A DNA stretch of 64,000 nucleotides from Monocercomonoides exilis PA203 (taxonomy: Eukaryota; Protista; Preaxostyla), in NCBI GenBank assembly GCA_001643675.2, contig LSRY02000037.1, positions 744,001 through 808,000 on the forward strand, read 5' to 3'. Below, one piece after another: positions 40,743-52,982 of this stretch. The notes under the pieces are model-generated. The model had not been told where the DNA came from and made no database searches. It saw only the letters and a program-made list of their open reading frames with translations. Numbering within the stretch: the first letter of the stretch is position 1; the number at the start of each line of letters is the position of its first letter. The translations under genes and the position numbers were made by a program.

Positions 40743-43700
40743 CTATTCACTAAGACTTTGGATAAGACCATTGAATGCAGAACTTGGGTTCGCCAACAGG
40801 TTCGCAGGAGAGTCAAGCTCAGCAACATGCCCTTGGTCCATCACCATGATTCTATCACAATTCATAATGGTGTTAAGACGGTGAGCAATGATAATCATCG
40901 TTTGGCTGCTAAAGACTCTGCGAATGGTCTTCTGTATTTTTGCATCGGTCTCCACATCCACATTCGCTGTTGCCTCGTCCATCACAACAATCTTGCAATG
41001 ATTCAGCATCGCCCTTCCAAAGCAAATAAGTTGGCGCTGCCCGCAGCTGAAGTTGTTTCCTCCCTCAGACATTTGCGTGTCTAGCCCAAACTCCATTCCC
41101 AAAACAACTTCTTTCATCTCAATCAGATCCAACACTTCCCATATCTCATCGTCGCTGCACTTGCTCCCAATGTCCAGGTTGTATCTGAGTGTCCCCGTGA
41201 ACAGCGTGGGGTCCTGGGGGATAATTGCAATTGATCTCCGCACTCTGCTGAGGTCGACCTTAGAGATGTCGATTCCATCGATTAAAACCCTTCCTTTGTT
41301 AGGCTCTTCATCGGGCGCATCCACAGGCTTTCCTGTCTCCATATCTATCATTATGGGCTGGAGCTTTGGATCCAACTCAACAAGTCTAAACAGCGCAAAC
41401 AGCAGAGATGTCTTCCCAGCTCCTGTTCTCCCACACACCCCAATCTTTTCTCCGCCTGCAAACGAGAAGTTCACATCCTGCAGAACATATGGGAGGCCAG
41501 GACGGTATCTGAACGTCACATGCTCAAAATCAACATTCCCTTTCTGTGGCCAGTCAGCAGGGGGATTAATTGCAACCTTCTTGTTGATCTTTGAATACTC
41601 CAATTCCTGTGGCAGATGTGAAGAATAGAAATCCAATCTCTGGTATGATGTCATTCTTGACTCAAGATCGACTGATTGCATCACCATAAACGAGCCCAAG
41701 AACGCAAATGTCATTGAAGCTGTGATTGCCACGCTCAGATTTGCTGGCTCCATGAAGAACCATCCCAGAAGAATCACACCCGTTGTGAACACCATTGTGA
41801 CAATCTGATTGTACATATCTGCCCATGATTTTCCTTCCATGAACAGCACAAGCCGAACAGACCAATCATCGTTTGCCTTGTAGAACTTCTGTCTCCAGCT
41901 TTCTTCCAAATGGAATGCTCGGATTGTCGACAGACCGGCACCAGTAACAGTCTCACTGAAGATCGAAAGCACAGGCGAGCGAGCAATAGCTTCCAGCCTT
42001 TGAAAGTTTCGAGCTGCACGTGAGTAAAGAACAAGAATCACACAGTAAATTAAAAGCGCAGGCAGCCCAATCGCAAGGAAGAACGGAGTGTCAACTGCAA
42101 TAATCACAATTTGCCCAACGATTCCGATTGCCATATTAACCACTTGAATGAACAACCCAAAGAGAGATGTGTCCACCAGGGACATATCTCCTGTGAATCT
42201 ATTCAGGATTCTTCCCATTGGCGTTGTGTCAAAGAATGAAGGCGGACAGTGCACAACATTCTTCAGAAGCGTGTCATGGATGATGCGAATGGAACGAACA
42301 ACTGCAAAGCCAGAGACAACTGCCCTCAGCGATTGGAAGATGAACCCAAACACGCACATTAATCCATACATTCCAATCTTCCATCCATAAGGAATCACAT
42401 CCAACTTTAAAGGATTCCCCACAATGCCCAGCCAGTATGACTGGAATATCTGTGTTCCTTCAGCAATAATAGCCAAAAGAATGTAGATAATGAATCCCCA
42501 CCATGGGAACAATGAGCTCACATAGGAGATGTAGTTGGAAATTGGCACTGCTTCGGTCTCATACTCTTCTTCTGTGATAATCTGCTTTCCTGCTTCAGAC
42601 CCTTTTCCTTCCAAATCTTTGGCTGTTGCACCAGTCGATTGGTCGCTCTTTGCATGATGCTTGTGATGACCAGAATGTTTGTGTGACTTTCCTTTTTTCT
42701 TCTCCATCTTCTCGCCTTCTTTGCCTTCTTCTCCTTCTTGCTTCTCATTTCCTTCCTCTTCTTCCTCTTCCCCATCGCTTTCGCTTTCTTCCTCTTCTTC
42801 TCCTTCTTTGTGCTTCTTATCCTTCTTGTTCTTCTTTTTGATGATGAATTGACTAAAATCAATCCCTTGTGCGAGCAAATCCTCGTATTTCCCCTGTGCA
42901 GCAATAAGCCCATGCTTCAAAAGAATAATGTTATCTGCACGATCCAAAAACTGCAGCTGGTTCGTCATCAGCAGTCTTGTCTTGTCCTTCAGCTGGCCGC
43001 AAATGCACTCCTCCAGCAGATACCTCCCCACGTGTGCATCGACTGCTGAAAGAGGATCATCCAAAATGTAGATGTCTCTGTCTGAATACACAGCACGCGC
43101 CAGTTGAATACGAGCTTTTTGCCCGCCACTCAGATTCACTCCTTTCTCTCCAATGGCTGTTTGGTCTCCAGCAGACAAAGTCCTGAAATCGGGTTCCAAT
43201 GCACACACACGCACCACATTCAGATACTTCTCTTCCTCATAAAACGATCCAAAAGTAATATTACCTCTGACTGTGTTGTTGTTGATCCACGCCACCTGCG
43301 GGCAATACGCGATAGAGCCACGATATCTCACTTCTCCTTCCAATCTGTCCATATCTCCAATGATCGCTGCCCCGATAGAAGACTTGCCAGACCCTACTCC
43401 ACCCACAACCATCGTCAAAGAGCCCTTGGGAAGGGTGATGTTCACAGACTGCAGTGCAATCTTGTTGCGACTCGACGGTGTGGCTGAAGGAGAAGGAGAT
43501 GGCGAGGGAGTGGTCGAGGGTGTTGTTGAAGGTGGTGGAGTCGATGACTGGGCAGAAATGGCTGGTGTTACGTTTTCTGGTGCATTCCCTTTGTCATCTT
43601 TTGATTGCTCTGAGAGAGAGAATACAGAAGGCTGTGTTTCAGATGCGGTTGTTGCAACTGGCGCAGAAATTGTTGTTGATTGGGTCACAACAGCTGGCTC

Positions 43701-45728
43701 ATTGTTCTCCTCTGGAGCTGATTCAGCAGTCTTGTCTGAATCAGAAGTTGATGTTTCTGTATTTGCTTCCTCTTTCTTTTCTTCTTTCTTTTCCTCTTTT
43801 GTTTCTTCTGCCTTCTCAGCTGTTGAAGAAGAAGAAGAAGAAGATGATGATGATGATGATGATGATGCTTTGTCTTCATCAAAGATTGTTGGAATTGGAG
43901 TCTGTTCTGATTTAACATTATCCTTCTGATCTCCTTGATTGCTGTTGTTTGCCTTTGCATTTTCTTTTTTCTCCGCAGTTTGCTTCGCATCCTCCATTTT
44001 CCTGTGCTTGGCTTCTTCCTTCAATTTCATCTTCTCTTCCATTGACAATGGAATTTCTGGAGGATCTCCCCATTTGAATGTTCCATTTGTGATTGTCAAT
44101 GCAACCTCTGCATCATCTGGCTCGTTGATCACTTCCTTCTTCAATTCTGGCAAGAGAAGGAAATCTCTTATACGCTTTTGACTGATGTGGATCATTGCTG
44201 TAGCCTGCAGATACATTGGTATCATGTTCGTTTCTCGTGTCATCATTGTCAAAAACCCGATGTTTGGCATCACTTTCACAGGGAAGTCAAACTGATTAAC
44301 ATTGTAAATGGCAATGTATGTACCGAACGTAGCTATGTTCACCAAAGGTGGAATAGCCCTAATCATCCCTGACATAAATTGCTGCCAGAATGAAAAAACC
44401 AAAACATCTCTCTCTTGCTTTCTTCTTGGAATATCAATTTTGCTGATAAACACATGCTCTAACCCTGTGAACTTCACCACACGCATCCCTTGCAATGTTT
44501 CGTTGGTGACTTTGTTTCTATCATCGTTGTGGCTTAGATATTTCTTCATATTGCCTGCCAGAAGTGATGATATGAACACTTGGATAGGGAAGAATAAAAA
44601 GAGTGTGATGAGAGACATAATACCGACCCATCCAAAATCAACGCACACAAAAACGAATGGCATGATGATTTCAATGGGAATAAATGCAAGCATAAACGGC
44701 ATCCAAATCATATCACAAATATTTTTTGAATCTGCAGCAAGCAATGACAAAAGTCGTCCCGTGTCTATATTGCTTTGTGATGTAATGTTCAGCAAAAGAG
44801 TTTTGTTGTAAATCATTCCGCTTAATGCTGTCTTCACATTCGCAGAATAATGAAAGAAAATTCTTAAAGCCCATGAATTTATGATATTCATGCAAGGACA
44901 AAGAATGAGAATAATAGCCGGAGCATAAGGAAATGTTTCGTTAGGATTGAAAACCTTCCGAGCAACAACTTCAAGAATAAGTTTCATCATATATGGTTGA
45001 ATGAAATAACTCACATAGCTTTGAATTTAAAAAAATAACTTTAAAATTTTTAAAATTTGAGTGAATTCATACCAAAGAGTCAGAAATATCATTGCTGCAA
45101 CCATTTTATACGTTCCAACTCCAAAGACAATCGTTGCTGCAAGGGATGGCTTTGAAGGTTCTTTCATCTTTGTGCTATAAAGAATACACATTCAAATGAA
45201 AATTTTTTGCAAAAACAAAAAATAAATATTTTCATACTTTGGATTCCTGGCTTTTTCCTGCTCATATTCCTCTAATTTCTTAACATACTCAACGTATCGT
45301 TTCATCCAGTACTCTTCTCCATTTTTAGTTGTGACTGATGTGAGATCAGATTTTTGTGTTTCGTAAACGTCCTCATCTTGGATAGGCTTGCAACGGAACA
45401 CAAATTGAAAATAGAAACAGAAAAACACGTTGCAGCAACCCCAATGTGCTTCCTCCGTGTTCCTCCTGCGTTTGATCTCAGTCTTTGAAGCTTGTGATTT
45501 CTTCTTTTCTTCAATATATGCGTGTTCGGGAGGTGCGGACATCGATGGCTCTTGATTTATCATTGAAGAAGGAGAAGAAGGTGGTGTTATTTTCGATGGT
45601 TCCTGGGACTTTTGTGGGGCATATTGAACTATTGATATTTCAGACGTTGCAGATTCTGAATCGCGTTCTTGAACATCTGGAAATGTGGTAGATGGTTTAA
45701 ACACTTCGGGCGAAGATGATTCGGACAT
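40743..45728 (-). CDS. ABCC/MRP-type ABC transporter (TMD-NBD-TMD-NBD), ~1,622 aa, 3 exons
   Basis: GGVGSGKS, IGEKGVNLSGGQKAR, LDDPLSAVD, FFDTTPMGRILNRF, GRTGAGKT, FSCGQRQL, DEATANVD, IAHRL. Exons 45728-45238, 45174-45073 and 45018-40743 are in phase. Confidence 0.96.
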
Positions 45729-46445
45729 TATTAAACAAATTTAAAATTTTGAGTTAATAATTCCGAATACTGATAATCAAACAATGGGAAATTTCCCATA
45801 AGCAGAATTAGTTGAAAACCTGGTTTCGTCTCCTAATTTTTACCATCAATTTACTCAAAAATTGAAATAAATGATGTATGTGTGTTCATGATTCCAATTA
45901 AAAATAAAATTATTTCAAAAAAATTGTTTTTATTGAATGGGAATAAAATTTTAGAATTTAGAATTTTTTATTCTTTCAATATTATGTTTAATCTTATATT
46001 TTTGTAAGAATAAATTGGTTCTTGAAGAATTTCACGAAATAAGTTTCTTCTTTTTTCATTATTATTGTAAAAACAATTGAAAGGTTGATGTTTTCCAGTA
46101 AATCAATCAGTATATTTTCAGAAACTTTTCAAAATAACTATATTTTTTTGTAGTTCGATTAAAGTGAGATGAAAAACAAGCATGGAATGGATGCAGTACA
46201 ATGATTGTGCAAATGAATAGCTAAAAAATTGCATAAACTATTTATTATGATAAAAAAATAGGTTTATTTCGTTCTTTAAAAAAAAAATTATAAGTTTGAA
46301 TACAGATGATTAAATAATTGCATTTATTTGGTAGATTGCATCAAAAGCATTGTTCTTTCTTTCTATCCATCTAACTTTTTTCTTTCATGTTTTCCATTTA
46401 ACATCCATTTCTATGCCACAAAGTGATATGACCTTCTCCTCCACC

Positions 46446-48952
46446 TCAATCTCTCTCTTCTCCTTCTCCATCATCATCTCCTCCATCATCTTCATCTGCC
46501 CCTTCACTGGATGCAATTTTACTCGAACTCATTCCCCCCTTTTTCCCTCTCTTCCCTTTCCCTGACCCCGACAGCCCTTCATCATCTCCTCCACTCTCCC
46601 CGACAAAGAAATACTGCCCTGCCAGCTTCTGCTCTCTGTCTTTAACCGAATTCAGCTTATTCACTCTTGGCCTGAAGTTCGATGGATCTCTTCTGAATGT
46701 AATCTCCAGCTGTGTCAAAAACGAGTTCAGACCAGTTAGCAGCGTCTCGGGTGCTTTTCCCAGTGCCTTTGAACCAGGTGTCCCCTCAAAGACGATCACA
46801 TGGTCTGCTAAATATGTGGCCATGATGAAGTCATGCTCAACCACAAATGCTGTCTTCTTCGAGTGCAGGATGTATCTTTTGATCACTTTTGCTGTCACAA
46901 CTCTCTGTTCGGCATCCAAATACGCTGAAGGCTCATCAATCAGATACACATTGGCTGGTTTTCCCAAGCACACCACAATAGCCACACGCTGAAGCTCTCC
47001 TCCAGACAGATACTGCACTTCTTTGTCCATCAGCTGCTCAATCATCATCGGCTTCAGCACATCCGTATTGAACTGCGCATCCCCAAATCTCGCCCCAATC
47101 GCCCTGTGAAGCAGTTCTCTCACTGTGCGGTGTGGATTCGCCTTGTCAGGCTTCGGAGAAATCTTCTGTGGTTTGTACGAGATATTCAACAAGGGAACCT
47201 CAACTCCGCCGTCTGGCTGCAGAAGCCCTGCAAGCAGATTGACAAGTGTTGTTTTGCCTGTCCCGTTCTCCCCCAGCAGAACAATGATTTCTGAGTCTGA
47301 GAACTGCCCTGCTTCGACTGTGAGCTCAAATGTGCCGAGCTTCTTGTGCATCTCAGGGTAGGTGTATGTGGCTAATGCACCTTTGGATTTGTCTTCCTCA
47401 TCCGCTGTTTCAGAAATCTATATTAGAAATGAATAGCAATTATTAATGTAAATAATTATAAATAATTATAATAATGTGTGATTTTATTATTAAATGAAGA
47501 TTGTTATTAAACAAATTAACAGAAAGGATAAAATTAAAGAAAAAGATGAATTTATCTAAAATAACTTCATTTTAAATCCAACAAACCTTGAAAGAAAGCT
47601 CAAACGGTCTGAAACGAAGATTTTCAGAAGGAATGTGACCAGCCAAGAAGACGTTGATACCATCTCTCACACCCATTGGGAATGTAACAACACCGTATGC
47701 GCCCTGCTGCCCATACAGCACACACACAAAATCAGACAGATAATCCAAAATAGACAAATCATGCTCCACGCAGATAACATAACTTTAAGGTTAATTTTTT
47801 TGATTTTATTTTATTTTTTTGAAGAAAGAAACAATTGAATAATTAAATTAATAGAGATGGATAAATGAGCATATAATTGAAAAAAAGCATCAAATATTTA
47901 ATTAAATAGAAGATTAAGCCCAATGAATCAAAATCAAACTTTGAATCAGTTAAAAGATCACGGATTGTCCGTGCAGCGCGAAGTCTCTGACGAATATCTA
48001 AGTATGATGAAGGCTCATCAACCATATATCTGTATAAAATGAAAAAAAGCAAAGCAGAGATAGTTGATAAATAACAGAGGTGATTGCAATATTTAAATTT
48101 TGAATTTCAATTTACACAAACACATCAGCCTTTTGAACAGCAATAAGAGCAATGCAAAAACGTTGAAGTTCACCTCCGGATAAATCTTCAATTGCACGAT
48201 CTCTAACATTAACAAGATCAAGTTCAACAAGAAGTTCTTCCATCATTCCTCGTTGATTCTTTGCACCTAAAAGTGCTTCAACTTTTCCGTGAATAACTTG
48301 CTGAATTTGATCAACGTATTGGGGTTTGATAATTGCTTTCAGATTTTCCTCCAAAACCTTCGTAAAGTAGTTTTGAAGTTCACTTCCTCTAAAGTAGGTC
48401 AAAATATCTTGCCAATCTGGAGGATTATCAAATTTACCGAGATTTGGCTTTAACTTTCCTGCAAGAATACGAAGTGCAGTTGACTTTCCAATACCGTTTG
48501 TTCCAACAAGCCCAAGAACTTGCCCAGGCTTTGGAACAGGTAACCTGTGAAGTTTAAATGCATTTGGCCCAAATCTGTGTGTGCACTCTTTCTCCAGACT
48601 TTTTGGCAAATTAATAATTTCAATGGCCTCGAATGGGCATTTCTATTTATGATCATATCATAACGACGAGAAAAAATTAAAAAATAATTAATATTTTCTA
48701 AAAAATCAATTCAAGGTCTGTACCAACCTTAACACAAATACCGCAACCAATACAAAGTTCCTCTGATATGAATGCAAGTTTATCTTCGTGCTGTACTTCA
48801 ATGCACAACTTTCCAGCTGTTTTTGAGCCTTGTCTGACCACCGGGCAAAATCTTTTGCATTCCAACGAGCATTTCTTTGGCTTACAACGATCTGCTTTAA
48901 CAATAGCAATACGTTGTAATTTATCTGTATCGTCGCTCCTCTTTCTGGACAT
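46446..48952 (-). CDS. ABCE1: ABCE1/Rli1 Fe-S ribosome recycling ATPase, 5 exons
   Basis: RIAIV..CKPKKC..C.RFCPV and [13 protein letters not shown] (two 4Fe-4S clusters), [16 protein letters not shown] twice, [12 protein letters not shown], and C-terminal FRPRVNK. Confidence 0.98.
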
Positions 48953-49455
48953 TTTTGGATCAAATAACAAAGATCAGACCTTCCATAGATCATAATTTCT
49001 TTTAAACTAGTTTTTTTCAATCATAATCTTTTTCTTGGTATCGAAATATAATATCATTTCATTATATGTTTCTATGTATCAAGTTTAAAATAGCAAATTT
49101 TTCATTTATATATTTATATTATTGCATTTTTTATGTTCAATATTTAAATTAAATATAAATTTTTCAAGGTTTTGAAAAGTTAAAAATTGATAAAAAGTGT
49201 CATTTACTGTTATTGCTGACAAAATAAATATTAGGATAAGATCAATTTTCAACTTTTTCACATATTTTGCTATTCCTAATTCTCACAAATTAATTCGGTT
49301 TTAAAAAATGTTAATAGAATAATTTAATATCTTCCTGCTTATAAAAAATTCTGAAATCAATTTGCATTTACCATTTGTGAACAAAAACTGTTTGACAAAA
49401 ATAAAAAAGACATTACAATTTGCGCAAAAAATCCCTAGCATATTAAAAAATACCA

Positions 49456-49771
49456 GACAAGATCGATTTCTCAATAACCGCAAGAGGAATAATTCTGACA
49501 ATTTTCCTCAAAATATATCTCATCAATACAAATTCAATTGATAAACAAGACTTACAAAACTTCCTCGTTTGTGCTAAGAAAAAATAATTTTCAAAATCTC
49601 TGAGAAACTCAAAATCCTGTTTCTCCAAGAATTAAATAACAATTCTTTCTGAGCACAAACGAGGAAGTTTTGTAAGTCTTGTTTATCAATTGAATTTGTA
49701 TTGATGAGATATATTTATAGGAAAATTGTCAGAATTATTCCTCTTGCGGTTATTGAGAAATCGATCTTGTC
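49456..49771. repeat. Near-perfect long inverted repeat (120-bp arms, 76-nt loop)
   Basis: 49456-49575 is the reverse complement of 49652-49771 with 2 mismatches by eye. Diverged similarity extends about 70 bp further outward. Confidence 0.95.
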
Positions 49772-49946
49772 CGATATTTTTTGCGATGTCAGGTATTTTA
49801 TTCGATATCTGTATTTTGTTTTTAATTGGCTTTGAACAATCCAATCAAATTATTTTTTCCTATCTTTTGTTATCTAAATTACAATTATGTCAGAATTTTT
49901 ATATAATGATGCAAGCCATCTAAAACTTTAAATGTAATTAATGAAA

Positions 49947-50385
49947 TGGGACAGAATTCTTGCATTTATGAAAAAATCAATGATTTGTTCCAAACTATTT
50001 TCACTTCAAATAATAATAACTTTGAAAGAATCATGCAAAATAAAATAAAGAAATATTGGTGATTATATTTGAAATCATAATTTTTTATCGGCGGGTTATA
50101 TATTTTATTTTCTTCTGTTAATAGCGAGATAATTATCATTTCCATATTTTGTGATTGCAACTATTGTAAAAGCAAACGTATTTATTGAATTCATAATTTT
50201 TTTGAAGATAGCATTTTCACTTTTCAATGCTCATTAACAAAAATGCAATACAAAATTTCAAACAGAGTATTGTGACAGAAAAAAAATATGATTTCAAAAA
50301 AAATCACTTTGCTTTTTAAAAAATGAGAAAAATTTTTGACAGTGTTGTGTGGAACAAATTTCACAAAGCAAAAAATTTTGTCACA
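49947..50385. repeat. Dispersed bipartite element, copy B (inverted orientation, longer gap)
   Basis: tgggacaga-N28-tttgttcca (49947-49992; nearly identical to the reverse complement of 10796-10841) and tggaacaaa-N18-tttgtcaca (50350-50385). Confidence 0.7.
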
Positions 50386-50945
50386 TATGAATTTGATGTG
50401 AAAAAGTTCCATTTGTGTAAAAACCCACACTGGGCATTTTCTATCGAAAAAATTATCTGCAGACTTTAATTTTGAAGAACATTTCGAAACGAAATGTCAA
50501 ATGTGGGATTTTGCCCAAGAACAGCATCTTCACATCATTGCTTATCATTCATATTGGAAAGAAACAAATATGAATGAATTGAATCTCTCTTTGAAACAGA
50601 TGTTTTAATATTTTCATAGCAATTAATCCGTAGTTTTTCTCTCAACAATTCAAGGAAGAACATTAAAACATTTTGAATGAAAGATAATACAAAATGAAAA
50701 GAATTCGATGGACTTCATGAAAAAATTGGATAATAAAAAATAAAATCATAATGATAACTCATATATACAACATTTGCTTCTTTTCAATATGAAAAACACA
50801 TTTCGGGATTATTCCATAAAGATAATTAATCCTGCAAACAGGAACAAAAAAATTACTCAAGAAAAATTGAAAAAAAAAAACATTTCATTTATTAACTTCT
50901 GCATTTTTTATTTTATAGATTTTCAGTTTATTATTATTATTATTA

Positions 50946-51395
50946 CAGTCTAAACCGGATATAATCACATCGGTTTTTGCACAACTTTTTGTGACTATAT
51001 CCGATTGTGATTATATACGATGATGCTCAACACAGAAAAAAATAAAAATTAATTAATTAATTAATTAATTTTGGGTCGATTTTTTCATTTTTGAAAATTC
51101 TTCATAAAAACGCATTTTTCATTTGCTTGATCAATTTTGATCATGAACGCACATTATATTGACTTATTTGAGCACATTTTTGAAAAAGTGAAAAATTGAA
51201 AATTTTGATCAAAAAATCGATTTTTCATTGAAAAAATCACCCATAATAATAAAAAATGTGATTATATATTTTCAGCCCTGTGATTATATTCGATGGAAAA
51301 TGAATGAAAAATAGGCCAAAAATGTCGGTGCATGGAAAAATGTGACTATATTCGAATGTGATTATATTCGACGTGATTATATCAGGTTTAGACTG
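50946..51395. mobile_element. 450-bp MITE, Tc1/mariner superfamily (pogo/Tigger-like TIRs), TA TSD
   Basis: TA|CAGTCTAAACCGGATATAATCACATCG ... CGACGTGATTATATCAGGTTTAGACTG|TA. Multiple internal GTGA(T/C)TATAT repeats, no coding capacity, inserted in a (TAT)n tract. Confidence 0.93.
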
Positions 51396-51529
51396 TATAA
51401 TTATTATTATTATTATTTTCGTTTTTATTTTTTTATTTTTATTTTTTTGTAAAGGAAAAAAAAATATTTTGACAAAGATAAAAATAAAAAATAAAAAAAA
51501 AATAAAAATAAAAAAAAATAAAAATAAAA

Positions 51530-51566
<37 letters not shown>

Positions 51567-51695
51567 ATTTTTTTGATTGCATTTCGCTGAACTCATATTT
51601 GAAATGAAAACCAAAGAGAATATGTGAAAATTGTTCACAATTTCAATAATAATCAATTCAACAATTTTTCACTTTGTGTTTCACAAGAACGTATT

Positions 51696-51874
51696 TGGGA
51701 CAAAATATTTTGCTTTATGAATTTTGTTCCATTCTTCTCTAACAAATATTTTTCTCAATTCTTGAATTTTTCTGTAATTATTTGCATCGTAACAGTTGAT
51801 TTAAAATGTTTTGATTGAAGAAAAAGTTTGGACCAAATCTCAGTTTTTTTCATAATTGCAAAAATTTTTCCCCA
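51696..51874. repeat. Dispersed bipartite element, copy C
   Basis: tgggacaaa-N18-tttgttcca (51696-51731), a 97-bp gap, then tggaccaaa-N28-ttttcccca (51829-51874). Confidence 0.72.
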
Positions 51875-52121
51875 TTTGTTCTAATTTCCGTGCTTTCAAC
51901 AATTTTTTGATATGTCTTTTTCGAATATTCCTTTTAAACTCCTTTTTTTTTATAAACTCATTTGAAAAGTTCACTAACCTTTTACAAATTTGAAAACAAA
52001 AATCCGAGAAATTAAACAAATTCTTAAAGCTCATGAATCTATTTGAAAAGAAAAAGCAAATAAAAAAATTAAGAAAACTCATTCATGTTTGAAAATCTCA
52101 ATATAGTTTTAAATAATTAAT

Positions 52122-52760
52122 TTATGCAACAACGGAATATTTTCCAGCATCTCTTGTATCACCCTTTCCAGTGAACTTCAATGTGTTCTTTCTAACAGTT
52201 CCTGAAGTAGCCCATTGTTCAACAACAACCATTCCAGCAGAAGTCATGCTGTGGAAGAAACATCCATGATTTCCTGTGCTCCAGTTGGGATATCTACCAT
52301 TGAAGAAGGTAGCAATAGCGCATCCTTTCTTTGGATATTGAGAACGTGTAATCTTTGGTCCCTCTCTCCATGTCTTAACCAATCCGATATCTTTGCAGAA
52401 CCACTGAACGAGCACAACACACTGTCCATTTCCATAAGTTTTATGTCCAACAATGGAATCAACATTTCCAGGGAAGTAATGTCCTCCAGAAACAGGCTTT
52501 GGTGGATTTGGGCTTGGTGGTGATGGTGGAGATGGTGGATTTGGGCCATTCTGTGGAATTTTCAATTTTTGCCCAACATAAATCAAGTTGGCATTTTTGA
52601 TTCCATTTAAGCTGCAAATTGCACTAACTGTTGTTCCGTATTTTTTGGCAATTGCGGACAAAGTATCACCTTTCTTTACTGTGTAGATGATATATCCATT
52701 ATCTTCAAGGTCAATAAATTCTTCTGCAACAGCGCAAGCAAACAATAATGTGAAAAACAT
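52122..52760 (-). CDS. Secreted LysM + Tae2/Dae2-like (BPSL0067-type) cysteine peptidoglycan amidase, intronless
   Basis: Signal peptide [12 protein letters not shown]; canonical Lys[45 protein letters not shown]; Pro linker; then [33 protein letters not shown] with candidate catalytic Cys and His. Confidence 0.88.
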   Translation of the reverse strand: MFFTLLFACAVAEEFIDLEDNGYIIYTVKKGDTLSAIAKKYGTTVSAICSLNGIKNANLIYVGQKLKIPQNGPNPPSPPSPPSPNPPKPVSGGHYFPGNVDSIVGHKTYGNGQCVVLVQWFCKDIGLVKTWREGPKITRSQYPKKGCAIATFFNGRYPNWSTGNHGCFFHSMTSAGMVVVEQWATSGTVRKNTLKFTGKGDTRDAGKYSVVA

Positions 52761-52982
52761 TTTTCAATGATTGTTCCTTTCACAAAAACGATCTTTAAAA
52801 CCATACGTTAGAAGAACTGATCAAACAATTCCATAACCAATTTTAACGTTCACAAATGAGTTTTTAAGTTATCAAAGAAGCTAAAAATTGCACAAAAATT
52901 AATTGCGTTCATTTCTGTGATAACTTATTTAAAAATTATCAATACATATAAAATTAATTCTTTTTTTGTTTTACATTTTTTC

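Noticed and set aside
49301-49923. Twin ORFs beginning MSELFLLRLLRNRSC on opposite strands
   Set aside because: By-product of the DNA inverted repeat; TTG starts and no coding signature.
50990-51390. Repeated GTGATTATAT units as a possible CRISPR array or iterons
   Set aside because: Short, irregularly spaced and inside a TA-flanked MITE; no cas genes; eukaryotic context.
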